This document shows positions 37,332-45,640 of a stretch of 64,000 nucleotides of DNA, piece after piece. The first letter of the stretch is position 1. Each line of letters starts with the position of its first letter. Source of the stretch: Candidatus Bathyarchaeia archaeon (GTDB lineage: Archaea; Thermoproteota; Bathyarchaeia; Bathyarchaeales; Bathycorpusculaceae). Made by a program: the position numbers and the translations under genes. The stretch spans positions 175,929-239,928 of the forward strand of contig JBEKMQ010000002.1 of assembly GCA_050008435.1 (NCBI GenBank). The letters are read 5' to 3'. The notes beneath the pieces were generated by a model, which ran no database searches, had not been told where the DNA came from, and was given only the letters and a program-made list of their open reading frames with translations.

Positions 37332-37460
37332 CGGCAGGATATCGTCAAACACTGTCGAGGCTTGATCTTTGGCATAAGCCAAACTTCTCCATTCAACAGC
37401 TAGGAGCAGTGGAAGCGCAAGTTATTTAGCTCAGGGTCACCTCACGATTAACTGATAGTA

Positions 37461-38078
37461 ATGCGTTGGCAAATCTTCGCAATTCTAGGCTCAATACTCC
37501 TGACGTTTGGAATCGCACTTATCGTCTCCGCACAAAACTTACCGGTCTACTACGAAGGCGGAGGAACAGGAGTATCCATGACTAACAAAATCGTAGGGGG
37601 ACTAGCGCCCGACTACTGCGAAATCCCCATAATCACAGTGCCAAACACTATACAAATTCACGCAAGATCTATAGAACCAGTCAACGTCAGAATCGACGCG
37701 CCAAACGGAACGAATGTGGCGCAATGGCAAAACGAAACCGTAAATGTAGAATATCCCGTGGCGGAATGCGGGTTCTGGCACGTCTACATCTCACAACCCT
37801 CAAGATACTTCGTTTACGGCGAAGTACTCGTCACAGCTCCACTGTATGCACATCCAGTGCTCATGTACGCGTCAATACCAATCCTGCTCGGCACAATGAG
37901 TCTCCTGCATTCAATCTACAAGAAGAAACAGGCTTCCAACCTCGAGGACATCCAATTCGAACAGAACATCGGCGGAAGATGGGTTTTCCTCTCTTGGATA
38001 CCTATACTCGCTATCATTTCTCAAGCGCCCCTGTATATTCCGAGCTTTCCATGGCTCTACGCATTCCTAATAGAGTAA
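37461..38078 (+). CDS. hypothetical membrane-anchored protein
   Basis: N-terminal TM/signal, about 100-aa extracytoplasmic segment, C-terminal TM helices. Confidence 0.5.
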   Translation: MRWQIFAILGSILLTFGIALIVSAQNLPVYYEGGGTGVSMTNKIVGGLAPDYCEIPIITVPNTIQIHARSIEPVNVRIDAPNGTNVAQWQNETVNVEYPVAECGFWHVYISQPSRYFVYGEVLVTAPLYAHPVLMYASIPILLGTMSLLHSIYKKKQASNLEDIQFEQNIGGRWVFLSWIPILAIISQAPLYIPSFPWLYAFLIE

Positions 38079-38452
38079 CAGTCGCGGCTGTCTTTTTCTC
38101 GTTCGCCCTCGCCTACGTCAAGATATACCTGTCAAGCAAAGGCTTCTATATCGAAGCCCCATTCCTCAACTTCCACAAATACTACAAGACGCATCAGATC
38201 GTCGGATACAGTATCACTCAGGAAAACAAGCAACGACTACTTGGCTTCTGGACAATACCATCAAGGCGTCCTAAGAAAGAAGACCAGATCACCCTTTCCG
38301 TCCTAGATCCACTTCCAGCACGAATTTGGATAACATCACTCGCAACAAGACTGTACTCCAACAAGATAGTCTTCCGCCCAAAATCAACAGAGAAATTCGC
38401 GGCAGCCGCCAAAAAACTGGGCATAACAATGAAAGAAGCCACTGAACTCTAG
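38051..38452 (+). CDS. hypothetical small protein (internal ATG of ORF 37724..38452)
   Basis: Only the part downstream of 38078 is free of overlap. N-terminal hydrophobic helix. Confidence 0.25.
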   Translation: MALRIPNRVTVAAVFFSFALAYVKIYLSSKGFYIEAPFLNFHKYYKTHQIVGYSITQENKQRLLGFWTIPSRRPKKEDQITLSVLDPLPARIWITSLATRLYSNKIVFRPKSTEKFAAAAKKLGITMKEATEL

Positions 38453-38649
38453 AGGGGTGATCCTCTCGGATTTCACATTAGCAGTCATAAGGCTAAGCAT
38501 AGTGGCGATTCTCTCACTTAGTTCGTGTGGATCTGACGGGGTGCCTTTCCATCTGTCGACCGCAATCTCCTTGCAGTAACAGTAATTGATGTAGCTATCT
38601 AAAGTTACCTCGCCCATTTCAGCTGCGGCTTTGAAGTCTTTGTGTTGAG

Positions 38650-39738
38650 TTGTTTAGCGCGCGGCAAAAGCTAATATATGAAGGAAAACTTGCGTCTACG
38701 CGAGCCACTATATTTCGGTTCTTGAAAACGGCTAAACGAGGATGTGTGAACGTATTGAGGGAAAATGGATTTCGTAAATACCTTCAGGAACGCAAGCTGA
38801 GCGCGAAAAACATAGACTCTTCAGTTAAAGCAGTGAAGAATTTTGAGGAACATCTGAAAACGAAAAAGAGCACACTGGAATCTGTGAGCTTGGATGCGCT
38901 CAGGGAGTACATTTCGCTTCTGGTTAAAGAAGACAGGAACTCTGAGGACAGGCTCGTCGCCATCGCGCGCTACTGCTATTACATAAAGAAAAACGACTTA
39001 TACATTTACTTCGCGTCAATACTCGGAGCCACAAACGTGCTACCCGATATCGGCGAAAGACTAGTCACCATCGCTGGAGAAGAAGTCCGTCGCAAAGTCT
39101 ACCAAGCGATTGAATTCCCTCCGCTCGGCGCTCCTCAAGAAGATTATCCCGAGCTGACCAAAAAGATTCTAGATAGAATGGAAGCCGAATTGCCGCCAGC
39201 GAAGTGCAGAGAAGTCATGACGTGGAATTATCACAAGGTGCCCGCTGCGGCGTCCAAGGAAGCCAAGAAACGCTTCGAGAAATCCGCCAGCATAGACGAA
39301 TACCTCAAAGGCGAACATCGAAGGCTTGTTGAGGAGCTCGAAAGCTACATGAAGAAGGGCCAATTGTGGTTTGAGCAGGAAATCACGCCCGAGGTCTTGG
39401 AGTTCGTGAAAAACAATCAAGAAATCAACACTGGAATCCGAAGAGGCGACAAAATCTTCAAGATAAAAATCCCTTACGCTCCGAAGCAGTTTCTCAAAGA
39501 AGAAGACCCAACTATGAGGAAGTACTACGCCTGCCACTGCCAGCTTGTCAGAACTGCCTTACGCAACGGCAAGCCCAAAATCTCGCCGACGTTCTGCTAT
39601 TGTAGTGCTGGTTTTGAAAAGCTCCACTTTGACGTGATATTCGACGAACCTGTGGAAGTAGAGTTGCTCGAAACCCTTCTGAAAGGAGACCCTCGCTGCC
39701 GTTTCGCGATAAAGATTCCGAAGGGCAAAATGAAATAG
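38650..39738 (+). CDS. hypothetical protein with Cys-rich C-terminal domain
   Basis: C-terminal YYACHC...FCYCSAGF...GDPRCRF looks metal-binding. The N-terminal FRKYLQERKLSAKNIDSSVKAVKNFEEHL weakly resembles an integrase SAM-like core-binding domain. The likely start is GTG 38746 (GAGGA 4 nt upstream), with a TATA-like AAAAGCTAATATAT at 38667-38680. Confidence 0.5.
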   Translation: MFSARQKLIYEGKLASTRATIFRFLKTAKRGCVNVLRENGFRKYLQERKLSAKNIDSSVKAVKNFEEHLKTKKSTLESVSLDALREYISLLVKEDRNSEDRLVAIARYCYYIKKNDLYIYFASILGATNVLPDIGERLVTIAGEEVRRKVYQAIEFPPLGAPQEDYPELTKKILDRMEAELPPAKCREVMTWNYHKVPAAASKEAKKRFEKSASIDEYLKGEHRRLVEELESYMKKGQLWFEQEITPEVLEFVKNNQEINTGIRRGDKIFKIKIPYAPKQFLKEEDPTMRKYYACHCQLVRTALRNGKPKISPTFCYCSAGFEKLHFDVIFDEPVEVELLETLLKGDPRCRFAIKIPKGKMK

Positions 39739-39775
39739 TGATGAAATCGTAATACGCGCTGAGTGAGTGCATTTT

Positions 39776-39820
39776 GTGGTTGGTTGGGGTAAGGTAAAGT
39801 TCTATCCAACCAACCCAACA
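39776..39820 (-). repeat. palindromic element E4 (only copy on the opposite strand)
   Basis: The plus strand reads GTGGTTGGTTGG-GGTAAGGTAAAGTTCTAT-CCAACCAACCCAACA, so the centre is the reverse complement of ATAGAACTTTACC plus a 5-nt duplication. Confidence 0.85.
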
Positions 39821-39826
39821 TGACTA

Positions 39827-39854
39827 CGACTGCGACGACTGACGACTGCGACGA
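39827..39854. repeat. 12-mer CGACTGCGACGA repeated twice at 16-nt period
   Basis: 39827-39838 and 39843-39854, directly flanking E4. Confidence 0.85.
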
Positions 39855-39959
39855 CGATTACACCCCATCCGACTGCAAAGCAGTCACCTTCCCTCAAGGG
39901 AAGGACGTGAAGAAAAGTTATAGGTGAACCAAGAGGATTAATCAGAATAGTGAAAGGAA

Positions 39960-40196
39960 GTGATTACAAGCAAAATCAGAACAAGGCAATGGCTTCTGTT
40001 CATTTTGCTTGCAGTCGGTCTCATATTGTGTCTTATCGGACTGCCAATATGGGTTGCAATGTCCCGTGGTGAGCAGACTCAAGTCTATCCTGAGAATTTT
40101 CGACTGGTCTTTTCCCTTTCAATGCTGGGGTCGGTCATTTTTGGTGTCTTGTTGATATTGGCAGCATTGCGTCTGAGAAAATGGATGAGACGTTAG
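39960..40196 (+). CDS. small membrane protein (2 TM)
   Basis: 78 aa, GTG start, two hydrophobic helices. The stop abuts element E5. Confidence 0.45.
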   Translation: MITSKIRTRQWLLFILLAVGLILCLIGLPIWVAMSRGEQTQVYPENFRLVFSLSMLGSVIFGVLLILAALRLRKWMRR

Positions 40197-40226
40197 TGTG
40201 TGGATAACTTTACCGCACACACACAA
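40196..40226 (+). repeat. palindromic element E5 (GT/CA arms)
   Basis: GTGTGTGG-ATAACTTTACC(40204-40214)-GCACACACACAA. Confidence 0.85.
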
Positions 40227-40282
40227 CTCTCCGCAAATGATATGAATCTAGTTGAAGACATGATTATGAAGGTGCACATTTC

Positions 40283-40726
40283 GTGACTGAAGAGCGCAGT
40301 GACTATTCACATTATACTGGAATTCTGTCAAGTCTGATTGGTGGATTGTATTTTGTTTCTGGTTTCACTTTCACTGCCATAACCCTGCTACTCACTTTTC
40401 AAACCCAGACAAGCCTCTTCTTTCAGACCACGCTTTTTCTAATGAATATTCTAGTCGAACTGTCCTTCTTCTTGGCACAATGGTACACAACGCATTCAAC
40501 CCTTTATGCAGCCATTCCGCCCCTCACAGGATTTTCCAAGATTGCAAATTACTTGACGTTTTTGGTTGCAAGTCTGGCGACGATGGTGCCAACGCTTCTT
40601 TTCTTTGTTTATGGGTTTGTCTATTTGGGATTAGCATCGGTGATTGCATGGATAGCGATGCTCATCGCTGCGTATCTCTTCATTTATAGGCAAATCAGTA
40701 AGAAAACCATATTCCAGAAATCCTGA
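40283..40726 (+). CDS. membrane protein (4 TM)
   Basis: 147 aa with four hydrophobic helices. GAAGGTG 9 nt upstream of the GTG start. Confidence 0.5.
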   Translation: MTEERSDYSHYTGILSSLIGGLYFVSGFTFTAITLLLTFQTQTSLFFQTTLFLMNILVELSFFLAQWYTTHSTLYAAIPPLTGFSKIANYLTFLVASLATMVPTLLFFVYGFVYLGLASVIAWIAMLIAAYLFIYRQISKKTIFQKS

Positions 40727-40738
40727 AAGCAGAAACCA

Positions 40739-40774
40739 GTGTGTGTGCGCATAAAACTTCACCCCCAACCCAAC
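40739..40774 (+). repeat. palindromic-family element E6 (chimeric arms)
   Basis: GTGTGTGTGCGC-ATAAAACTTCACC(40751-40763)-CCCAACCCAAC. The arms are not mutually complementary. Followed by a G-poor C/A-rich tract to about 40832. Confidence 0.8.
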
Positions 40775-40933
40775 TTACTCTCTCTGACAGATACAGACAG
40801 ACAAAAAAACACGCACACATCACACAAAAGTACGCGCGCGGGGTTCATCTTCTAGGCATTCTATCAGGAGCACCTAAGCCAAAAAGCTTAAAGCATGTGC
40901 TTCAAATAACGTATTTTCAAAAAGGAGGGAAAA

Positions 40934-41230
40934 ATGAGGATGAAAAGCAAAGAGTTTATGGATAAAGATGTGTTTGCGTTAGACGAGAAAATCGGCAAAG
41001 TCAAAGAAATCGGAATAGATCCAGAAGAGTGGAAAGTAACTCATCTTGAAATCGAATTGGAAAAGGAGATAGCTGAATCTGTGCTTGGCGCAAAGAAAGG
41101 CGGAGTACGAAACATGTTGGCCATTTCAGCCCTAGAGAAAGGGGTTGCACGCTGGACAGACAAGGGACTGCACTTAAAAGTATCAAAAGATCAACTTCAC
41201 ATGTATTTAAGACCAGTAGTTGGGACTTAG
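40934..41230 (+). CDS. PRC-barrel domain protein
   Basis: DKDVFALDEKIGKVKEIGIDPEEWKVTHLEIEL is a typical PRC-barrel N-terminus. AGGAGGG Shine-Dalgarno 5 nt upstream. Confidence 0.65.
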   Translation: MRMKSKEFMDKDVFALDEKIGKVKEIGIDPEEWKVTHLEIELEKEIAESVLGAKKGGVRNMLAISALEKGVARWTDKGLHLKVSKDQLHMYLRPVVGT

Positions 41231-41348
41231 TTGGGCGCGCGCTTTCTTTCACATTTTCTCTCTTTCTATGCCCATACAAACACAAAAAACAAAAAAGCGC
41301 GCGGTAATCTTTACTTTATTCACTTCTTCACCCAAAATATACTTTTGA

Positions 41349-41546
41349 TCACTCTTTAACTTCAAGATAAATACCTAGTATAACAATCAAGAGTCCTGCT
41401 ACACACCTAATTTCACGTTCAAAATCATAAATAAAGTCATGGTTATTTCCTGGTAACAAAATACTTCCTATACCATCTGCAATAACCAAAATACCAATCA
41501 AAATGACTAAACCAGAAACAATATGCAATTTCTTACTCTTCTTCAT
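41349..41546 (-). CDS. small membrane protein (2 TM)
   Basis: 65 aa with two hydrophobic helices. Confidence 0.4.
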   Translation of the reverse strand: MKKSKKLHIVSGLVILIGILVIADGIGSILLPGNNHDFIYDFEREIRCVAGLLIVILGIYLEVKE

Positions 41547-41684
41547 AATCTCTCACCTGTCGCTTTTCTGCAAAATAAGTAGATTAAACATGATACAAAG
41601 TTTCTCCATATCTTCGTTCTTCTCTAATCACTGCCTTATAACCTGCTTTGAGCGCGCGCGCACTGGACAGAATGTCGCCTAGGC

Positions 41685-41696
41685 AAGGCGCGCGCC
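41685..41696. repeat. 12-bp palindrome AGGCGCGCGCCT
   Basis: Paired with GCGCGCGCGC at 41651-41660, between two minus-strand small-membrane-protein genes. Confidence 0.95.
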
Positions 41697-41785
41697 TAAC
41701 CTAGACCAGCCCTCTTTTTATGTTTCAAAGAAAAAGTTGCGGTGAATATTGAATTATTGCTATACAGCCGTAGATGTAGTGGTAC

Positions 41786-42109
41786 TTATGTTTTTTTGGT
41801 TACCACTACAATGAGTCCAAGTAGTCCTCCGATGACAACCAGTAGTCCGCCAAGTCCACCGCCAATGATTCCAACGATTATGAGTACGATTGCCCAAACG
41901 AGAGTAGTTACGCTTTTTGCACCAATTATTGCTATGACACCGCAAATAATGGCAACGATGCTGCCATAGGCGAAGAATTCCCAATGCAAAACTGGCCCAA
42001 AGTTTTGACCAGAATACCCAATGAATGATAACAATCCTAAGATTACCAGCAGTATTCCGCCTATAAGAGCTAAGATGTAAGCTATTTGAGACACTGAAGT
42101 TTCTGACAT
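41786..42109 (-). CDS. small membrane protein (3-4 TM)
   Basis: 107 aa, Gly/Ile/Leu-rich helices. The competing overlapping frames look spurious. Confidence 0.5.
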   Translation of the reverse strand: MSETSVSQIAYILALIGGILLVILGLLSFIGYSGQNFGPVLHWEFFAYGSIVAIICGVIAIIGAKSVTTLVWAIVLIIVGIIGGGLGGLLVVIGGLLGLIVVVTKKT

Positions 42110-42166
42110 TCACATTCAACTCTCACTTAACAATTTATAGCTCTAAGCGTTTAAGAAGTTTACTCT

Positions 42167-42202
42167 GGTTTGGGTTTGGGGATAAAACTTTACCCCCAAA
42201 CC
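42167..42202 (+). repeat. palindromic element E7
   Basis: GGTTTGGGTTTGGGG-ATAAAACTTTACC(42182-42194)-CCCAAACC. Confidence 0.9.
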
Positions 42203-42604
42203 GTGATTGTGAGGTTAGGCGGCTTCCTGCTCTCACTTGTTCTGTTATGGCTTGCAGTCCTTTCCTATTCCGAAGGCTCTCGCTATTTGTTCTCCAACCT
42301 TCCAGTAACTTCCGAGAGTTCCCTCGGATAGCAGTAGCGCGCGGCCTAGCATAATTGAAGTGTGGCGCCAGTGAATTTGTTTAGATTCATGATTGAGATG
42401 GAGGCGATAGGATTTGAGTAAGAAAGGCAAACCCGCGGGAAAAATGATTGACAGACAGAAGGACCATCAGACGAGAAGGGCCCGTGGGGGAAAGAAGCAG
42501 AAACGTAGATAGACAAGTAGGCCTGGCCAGATCATCCTTATAAGCGACGCTGAGAAGCTATGTTGTGAGAAAGGCATTAGGCATACCGACAGGGTATTGC
42601 AGTA

Positions 42605-42661
42605 TTTTGCTTTAGAAATGGTTTGCTTTTGCTTTGAATTGGCCTGTTTTTGCCTTAGAGG
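42605..42661 (+). promoter_or_regulatory. three direct repeats (TTTTGCTTTaGAAaTGG type) upstream of the wHTH gene
   Basis: 42605-42621, 42627-42642 and 42647-42661, with starts spaced 22 and 20 nt apart. They end 11 nt before the ATG at 42672. Confidence 0.5.
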
Positions 42662-42671
42662 TAACTACAAC

Positions 42672-42977
42672 ATGTTAGGAATTAGAAACGTGCCGGATCG
42701 AAACCGGAGCAGATTTGAGATAATAGCGGAAATCTTGAAGAGGTTGCGTGAACCGGCTAGTAAAGCGAATATCATGTCTCATTGTAATATGAGCTCCGCA
42801 CAATCTGGGCAGTACTTGGATTTTATGGAGTCGGTTGATCTTGTTCATACAGACGCGATAACAGGGAGAGTAACGTACGCGAAAACAGAGGCTGGTCGAG
42901 GTTATCTGGAAGTGTACAACAAGATGGCTCTTCTGCTTGATCCCTGTATCTCTGTTCCAATGATGATTCAACATTGA
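42672..42977 (+). CDS. winged-helix DNA-binding protein (archaeal HTH_45/ArnR-like)
   Basis: RSRFEIIAEILKRL...ANIMSHCNMSSAQSGQYLDFMESVDLV follows the wHTH pattern of small archaeal regulators. The upstream Cys/Phe-rich part of the ORF (42597-42671) is unlikely to be coding. Confidence 0.6.
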   Translation: MLGIRNVPDRNRSRFEIIAEILKRLREPASKANIMSHCNMSSAQSGQYLDFMESVDLVHTDAITGRVTYAKTEAGRGYLEVYNKMALLLDPCISVPMMIQH

Positions 42978-43056
42978 GAGGTATGGAACAGAAAAAAGGA
43001 ATTGTTCAGTAGCGAACGTGAAAAGTGTTTTGAGATTGGGGCGTGGAGGATAATTT

Positions 43057-43293
43057 ATGAAAATATTGGAAGGATGGAGAAGAATAGACAACGAGAGAGG
43101 ATACATGAATGCGACGACTGGACAGAATATTTCTGTTATGAAGAACCAATTCGGCGAGCACTACTCAGTACTGCTCGTACCTAGGACAGAAAATGACGAG
43201 GAAGAAAGAAAGGTTTCACCTGAATTTGCGACCAGATCAAAGGCAGAAGCATTTGCTGTGGATTGGATGAATAAGCATCCGAAGGGAACTTGA
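43057..43293 (+). CDS. hypothetical protein
   Basis: 78 aa, no family recognised. Confidence 0.4.
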   Translation: MKILEGWRRIDNERGYMNATTGQNISVMKNQFGEHYSVLLVPRTENDEEERKVSPEFATRSKAEAFAVDWMNKHPKGT

Positions 43294-43433
43294 ATTAACT
43301 CTGACATTGATTTCCTTGCGCCTCATTTTCTGCAGAGTCTGAAGTAAACCGCATTAGCAAGGTCTTCTTCTAGATCAGCGCGGGCTATTAGCTGTAGCGA
43401 TTTCGGCGTCGTTGAAGTACAACCGTTTGCTCG

Positions 43434-43468
43434 AAAACCCAAGGGTTTTGCTACGCACCGAAGTGCGT
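43434..43468. terminator. twin stem-loops between convergent genes
   Basis: AAAACC-CAAG-GGTTTT (43434-43449) and ACGCAC-CGAA-GTGCGT (43453-43468; a UUCG tetraloop on the minus strand). 40 nt downstream of the minus-strand zinc-ribbon gene. Confidence 0.35.
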
Positions 43469-43508
43469 GCTTGCGTGCAAGGAGGGTCTTCTAAGTGAAT
43501 GTCAATCG

Positions 43509-43640
43509 CTATTTTTGGGAACCTGCTCGATGGAACGATTTTACAGTGTTCAGTTTGGTTCCGCAAGCTGAGCATTTACCCTCGGCAGTGATTTTCGGCT
43601 GCTCCTTAACCTCAGCACCGCAAAGTCCACATTTTGGCAT
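43509..43640 (-). CDS. small zinc-ribbon protein (43 aa, below ORF-track cutoff)
   Basis: MPKCGLCGAEVKEQPKITAEGKCSACGTKLNTVKSFHRAGSQK, with a GGAGGTGAT Shine-Dalgarno 5 nt upstream of the ATG. Confidence 0.65.
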   Translation of the reverse strand: MPKCGLCGAEVKEQPKITAEGKCSACGTKLNTVKSFHRAGSQK

Positions 43641-43722
43641 CGAATCACCTCCTCACAAGGTTCTGATCAGCAATCTATTATTCTTCCTGCGCATAAGAAC
43701 ACTTCGTCATTTGGCATGGTTC

Positions 43723-44106
43723 TTACGTGTGATTTCGGGAAGCTGCTTCACTGTCTATTATCTGCAGGAGCTTCATCACTTTCTTGCCTTTTGTTCGGAG
43801 TTCTATTTTTGAGATGGTGTTTTTCATTGGGCACAGCTCATCCACTATTATCCCTTCTTTTTCGCTGTAGATCACTGGGTAGATTTGGCATCCTGAAGGT
43901 CTGTGTCTGTAAGCCTTGCAGCGGCGATTTTCAGTGTCGTAGAAAATGCATAACCCACGGCAATTTTTCATTCTGGCAAAACCATGTCTGTCGTACCGCA
44001 TGAATTTCTGTTTGTTGTAGCCCACTTTTTCCAAACGTTCAACGTCAGCGTTGGAAAGCATCATTTCAGTCTTTTCACAGCATACTCCACAATGCGAGCA
44101 GTGCAT
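43723..44106 (-). CDS. YkgJ-family (UPF0153, CxxCxxCC) cysteine-cluster protein
   Basis: CSHCGVCCE N-terminal motif and a downstream C..Y..RP..C..YP. Confidence 0.7.
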   Translation of the reverse strand: MHCSHCGVCCEKTEMMLSNADVERLEKVGYNKQKFMRYDRHGFARMKNCRGLCIFYDTENRRCKAYRHRPSGCQIYPVIYSEKEGIIVDELCPMKNTISKIELRTKGKKVMKLLQIIDSEAASRNHT

Positions 44107-44563
44107 GCAATGGGTTCCACTCTGGCTTTCTTATCTGTTTTTGTCAATCTAGCGCGCGCAGAGTTGAAATTGTCACGCTCGTCGATTCGAATGTTTCCAA
44201 ACTATTAGGCTCAGGCTCTTCGTCCATATTGGAGCGTTTCGGCTTGGATTAATAGTGGGCAGTTTACCCATGATTCTAGGGACACTTTCTCGCATAGATC
44301 TACTACTATATGAGAGAAGAACAAAGAGATAAATGAATGAGAACAGATGTAAGGTTCCAGAACCTATGAAAAAGAGAGGAATTGAGGCAGAGTGGAGAGG
44401 GCCAAGAAAAACTGTGTAGAAAGAAAAGATGAAAAAATGAAAAGAAGCGGTCGTTGGAAGGAATGAGCGAATATCTTGCTTGGAACCTGAGGGTTTGGCT
44501 CGGCAGGTTGTGTCAGAGTTTGAATGAATTGAATAGTCGCTTCGTCCTAAACTGTCCCAGCTA

Positions 44564-44800
44564 TTGGACGAGGCAGTTCAGGCCGATATTGTTCAAGATG
44601 AGAAAATGAAATTGAGTTCCAGAGAAAAGAAGCTCCAGTCTTATGAACACGAAATAAAATATTGGGAAAGCCAGCGCCGTCGGTATGAGGCTTTCGGAGA
44701 GACGGAGACTTGGCAGAAAATCTACGATTTACTATTCGAAAGGACCAAAAAGCTTGAAACCGAAGATCAAGATGAAGAGACAAGGAACGGGTTGCATTAG
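44564..44800 (+). CDS. hypothetical coiled-coil protein
   Basis: 78 aa, charged, TTG start. A 48-aa ATG ORF in another frame (44463-) immediately upstream hints at a possible frameshifted gene. Confidence 0.3.
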   Translation: MDEAVQADIVQDEKMKLSSREKKLQSYEHEIKYWESQRRRYEAFGETETWQKIYDLLFERTKKLETEDQDEETRNGLH

Positions 44801-44816
44801 GGTATCTTTCCTTTGA

Positions 44817-44846
44817 GTGTCGGGACAAAACTTTACCCCAACCAAC
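44817..44846 (+). repeat. palindromic-family element E8 (left arm eroded)
   Basis: GTGTCGGG-ACAAAACTTTACC(44825-44837)-CCAACCAAC. Confidence 0.8.
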
Positions 44847-44908
44847 GCTTGAGCAACCAAGAAAAAGCCCATCTGGCTCGCCTGTCTGATAATAGAAAAC
44901 GAGGAGAC

Positions 44909-45115
44909 CTATGCCTTGTTTTCTTCACGTTCTGACACGGGTCCGAAAAACTCGTTTGGAGACATTTGTGCTAGAAACGGAACTCCACTTTCCCAGCCAA
45001 GAGGTGGCCAATCTCCCGACAGCAGATACTCAATAGCCGTCATTATCATCAAAGCGAGAATCACACCAGCAAGCTCCAGAACCAGCCCAACGCCCAATAG
45101 AAGCTTTCTAAGCAT
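44909..45115 (-). CDS. small membrane protein
   Basis: 68 aa with one or two hydrophobic helices. Confidence 0.4.
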   Translation of the reverse strand: MLRKLLLGVGLVLELAGVILALMIMTAIEYLLSGDWPPLGWESGVPFLAQMSPNEFFGPVSEREENKA

Positions 45116-45169
45116 ATTCTGAGTCTAAGACCATGTTTTCTTTTATTTGTTTTCCTTGCAACAGATTCC

Positions 45170-45179
45170 AGCGCGCGCT
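45170..45179. repeat. exact palindrome AGCGCGCGCT
   Basis: 2 nt upstream of element E9. Confidence 0.95.
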
Positions 45180-45181
45180 CG

Positions 45182-45218
45182 ATTGGTTGGTTGGATGAAA
45201 CTTTACCTTCACACACAG
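45182..45218 (+). repeat. palindromic-family element E9 (chimeric arms)
   Basis: ATTGGTTGGTTGG-ATGAAACTTTACC(45195-45207)-TTCACACACAG, directly preceded by AGCGCGCGCT (45170-45179). Confidence 0.85.
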
Positions 45219-45267
45219 AAGACACGGAAAAGAACTTAAATTGGGTGACTATTATTCTTAAATCAAA

Positions 45268-45618
45268 ATGGATTCTTCAAAGTTGATTTTGACTGCTCTA
45301 AGATTCAATGAGAGAATCAACCAACGAGACTTTGAAGGCTTGGCCGAGCTGATGACTGATGATCACACGTTCATAGACAATTCTGGAGGAGTCACAAAAG
45401 GCAAATTGGCTATGAAAGAGGGTTGGAGAGATTTCTTCGAGAAGTATCCCGACTACCAAAACATATTCACTTGTGTGACAACTCAAGACAATGTTGTTGT
45501 CATTGTTGGTCACTCTACGTGTTCTTACAAACCGCTTGAGGGTCCAAACATATGGACTGCCAAGGTGCGGAGTGGACTTGTGTCCGAATGGAGAGTATAT
45601 TGGCTGGACCAAAGGTAA
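45268..45618 (+). CDS. SnoaL-like / NTF2-fold protein
   Basis: 116 aa. ALRFNERINQRDFEGLAELMTDDHTFID...W pattern of SnoaL-like domains. Confidence 0.65.
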   Translation: MDSSKLILTALRFNERINQRDFEGLAELMTDDHTFIDNSGGVTKGKLAMKEGWRDFFEKYPDYQNIFTCVTTQDNVVVIVGHSTCSYKPLEGPNIWTAKVRSGLVSEWRVYWLDQR

Positions 45619-45640
45619 GAACGAATTATTATTCACCCTC

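Noticed and set aside
37724-38452. 242-aa ORF overlapping 37461..38078 in another frame
   Set aside because: The first half is Arg/Ser/Thr-rich out-of-frame sequence of the better membrane-protein ORF. Only the non-overlapping distal part (from the ATG at 38051) is kept, at low confidence.
41742-42119. Competing ORFs 41742..41969 (+) and 41760..42119 (-) over the membrane-protein gene
   Set aside because: The 41786..42109 frame gives coherent TM helices. The others give Pro/Ser/Thr- or Arg/Trp-rich low-complexity sequence.
42245-42430. 61-aa minus-strand ORF after element E7
   Set aside because: No start context or family features, and it contains a GCGCGC site of the type that is otherwise intergenic. 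It may be non-coding.
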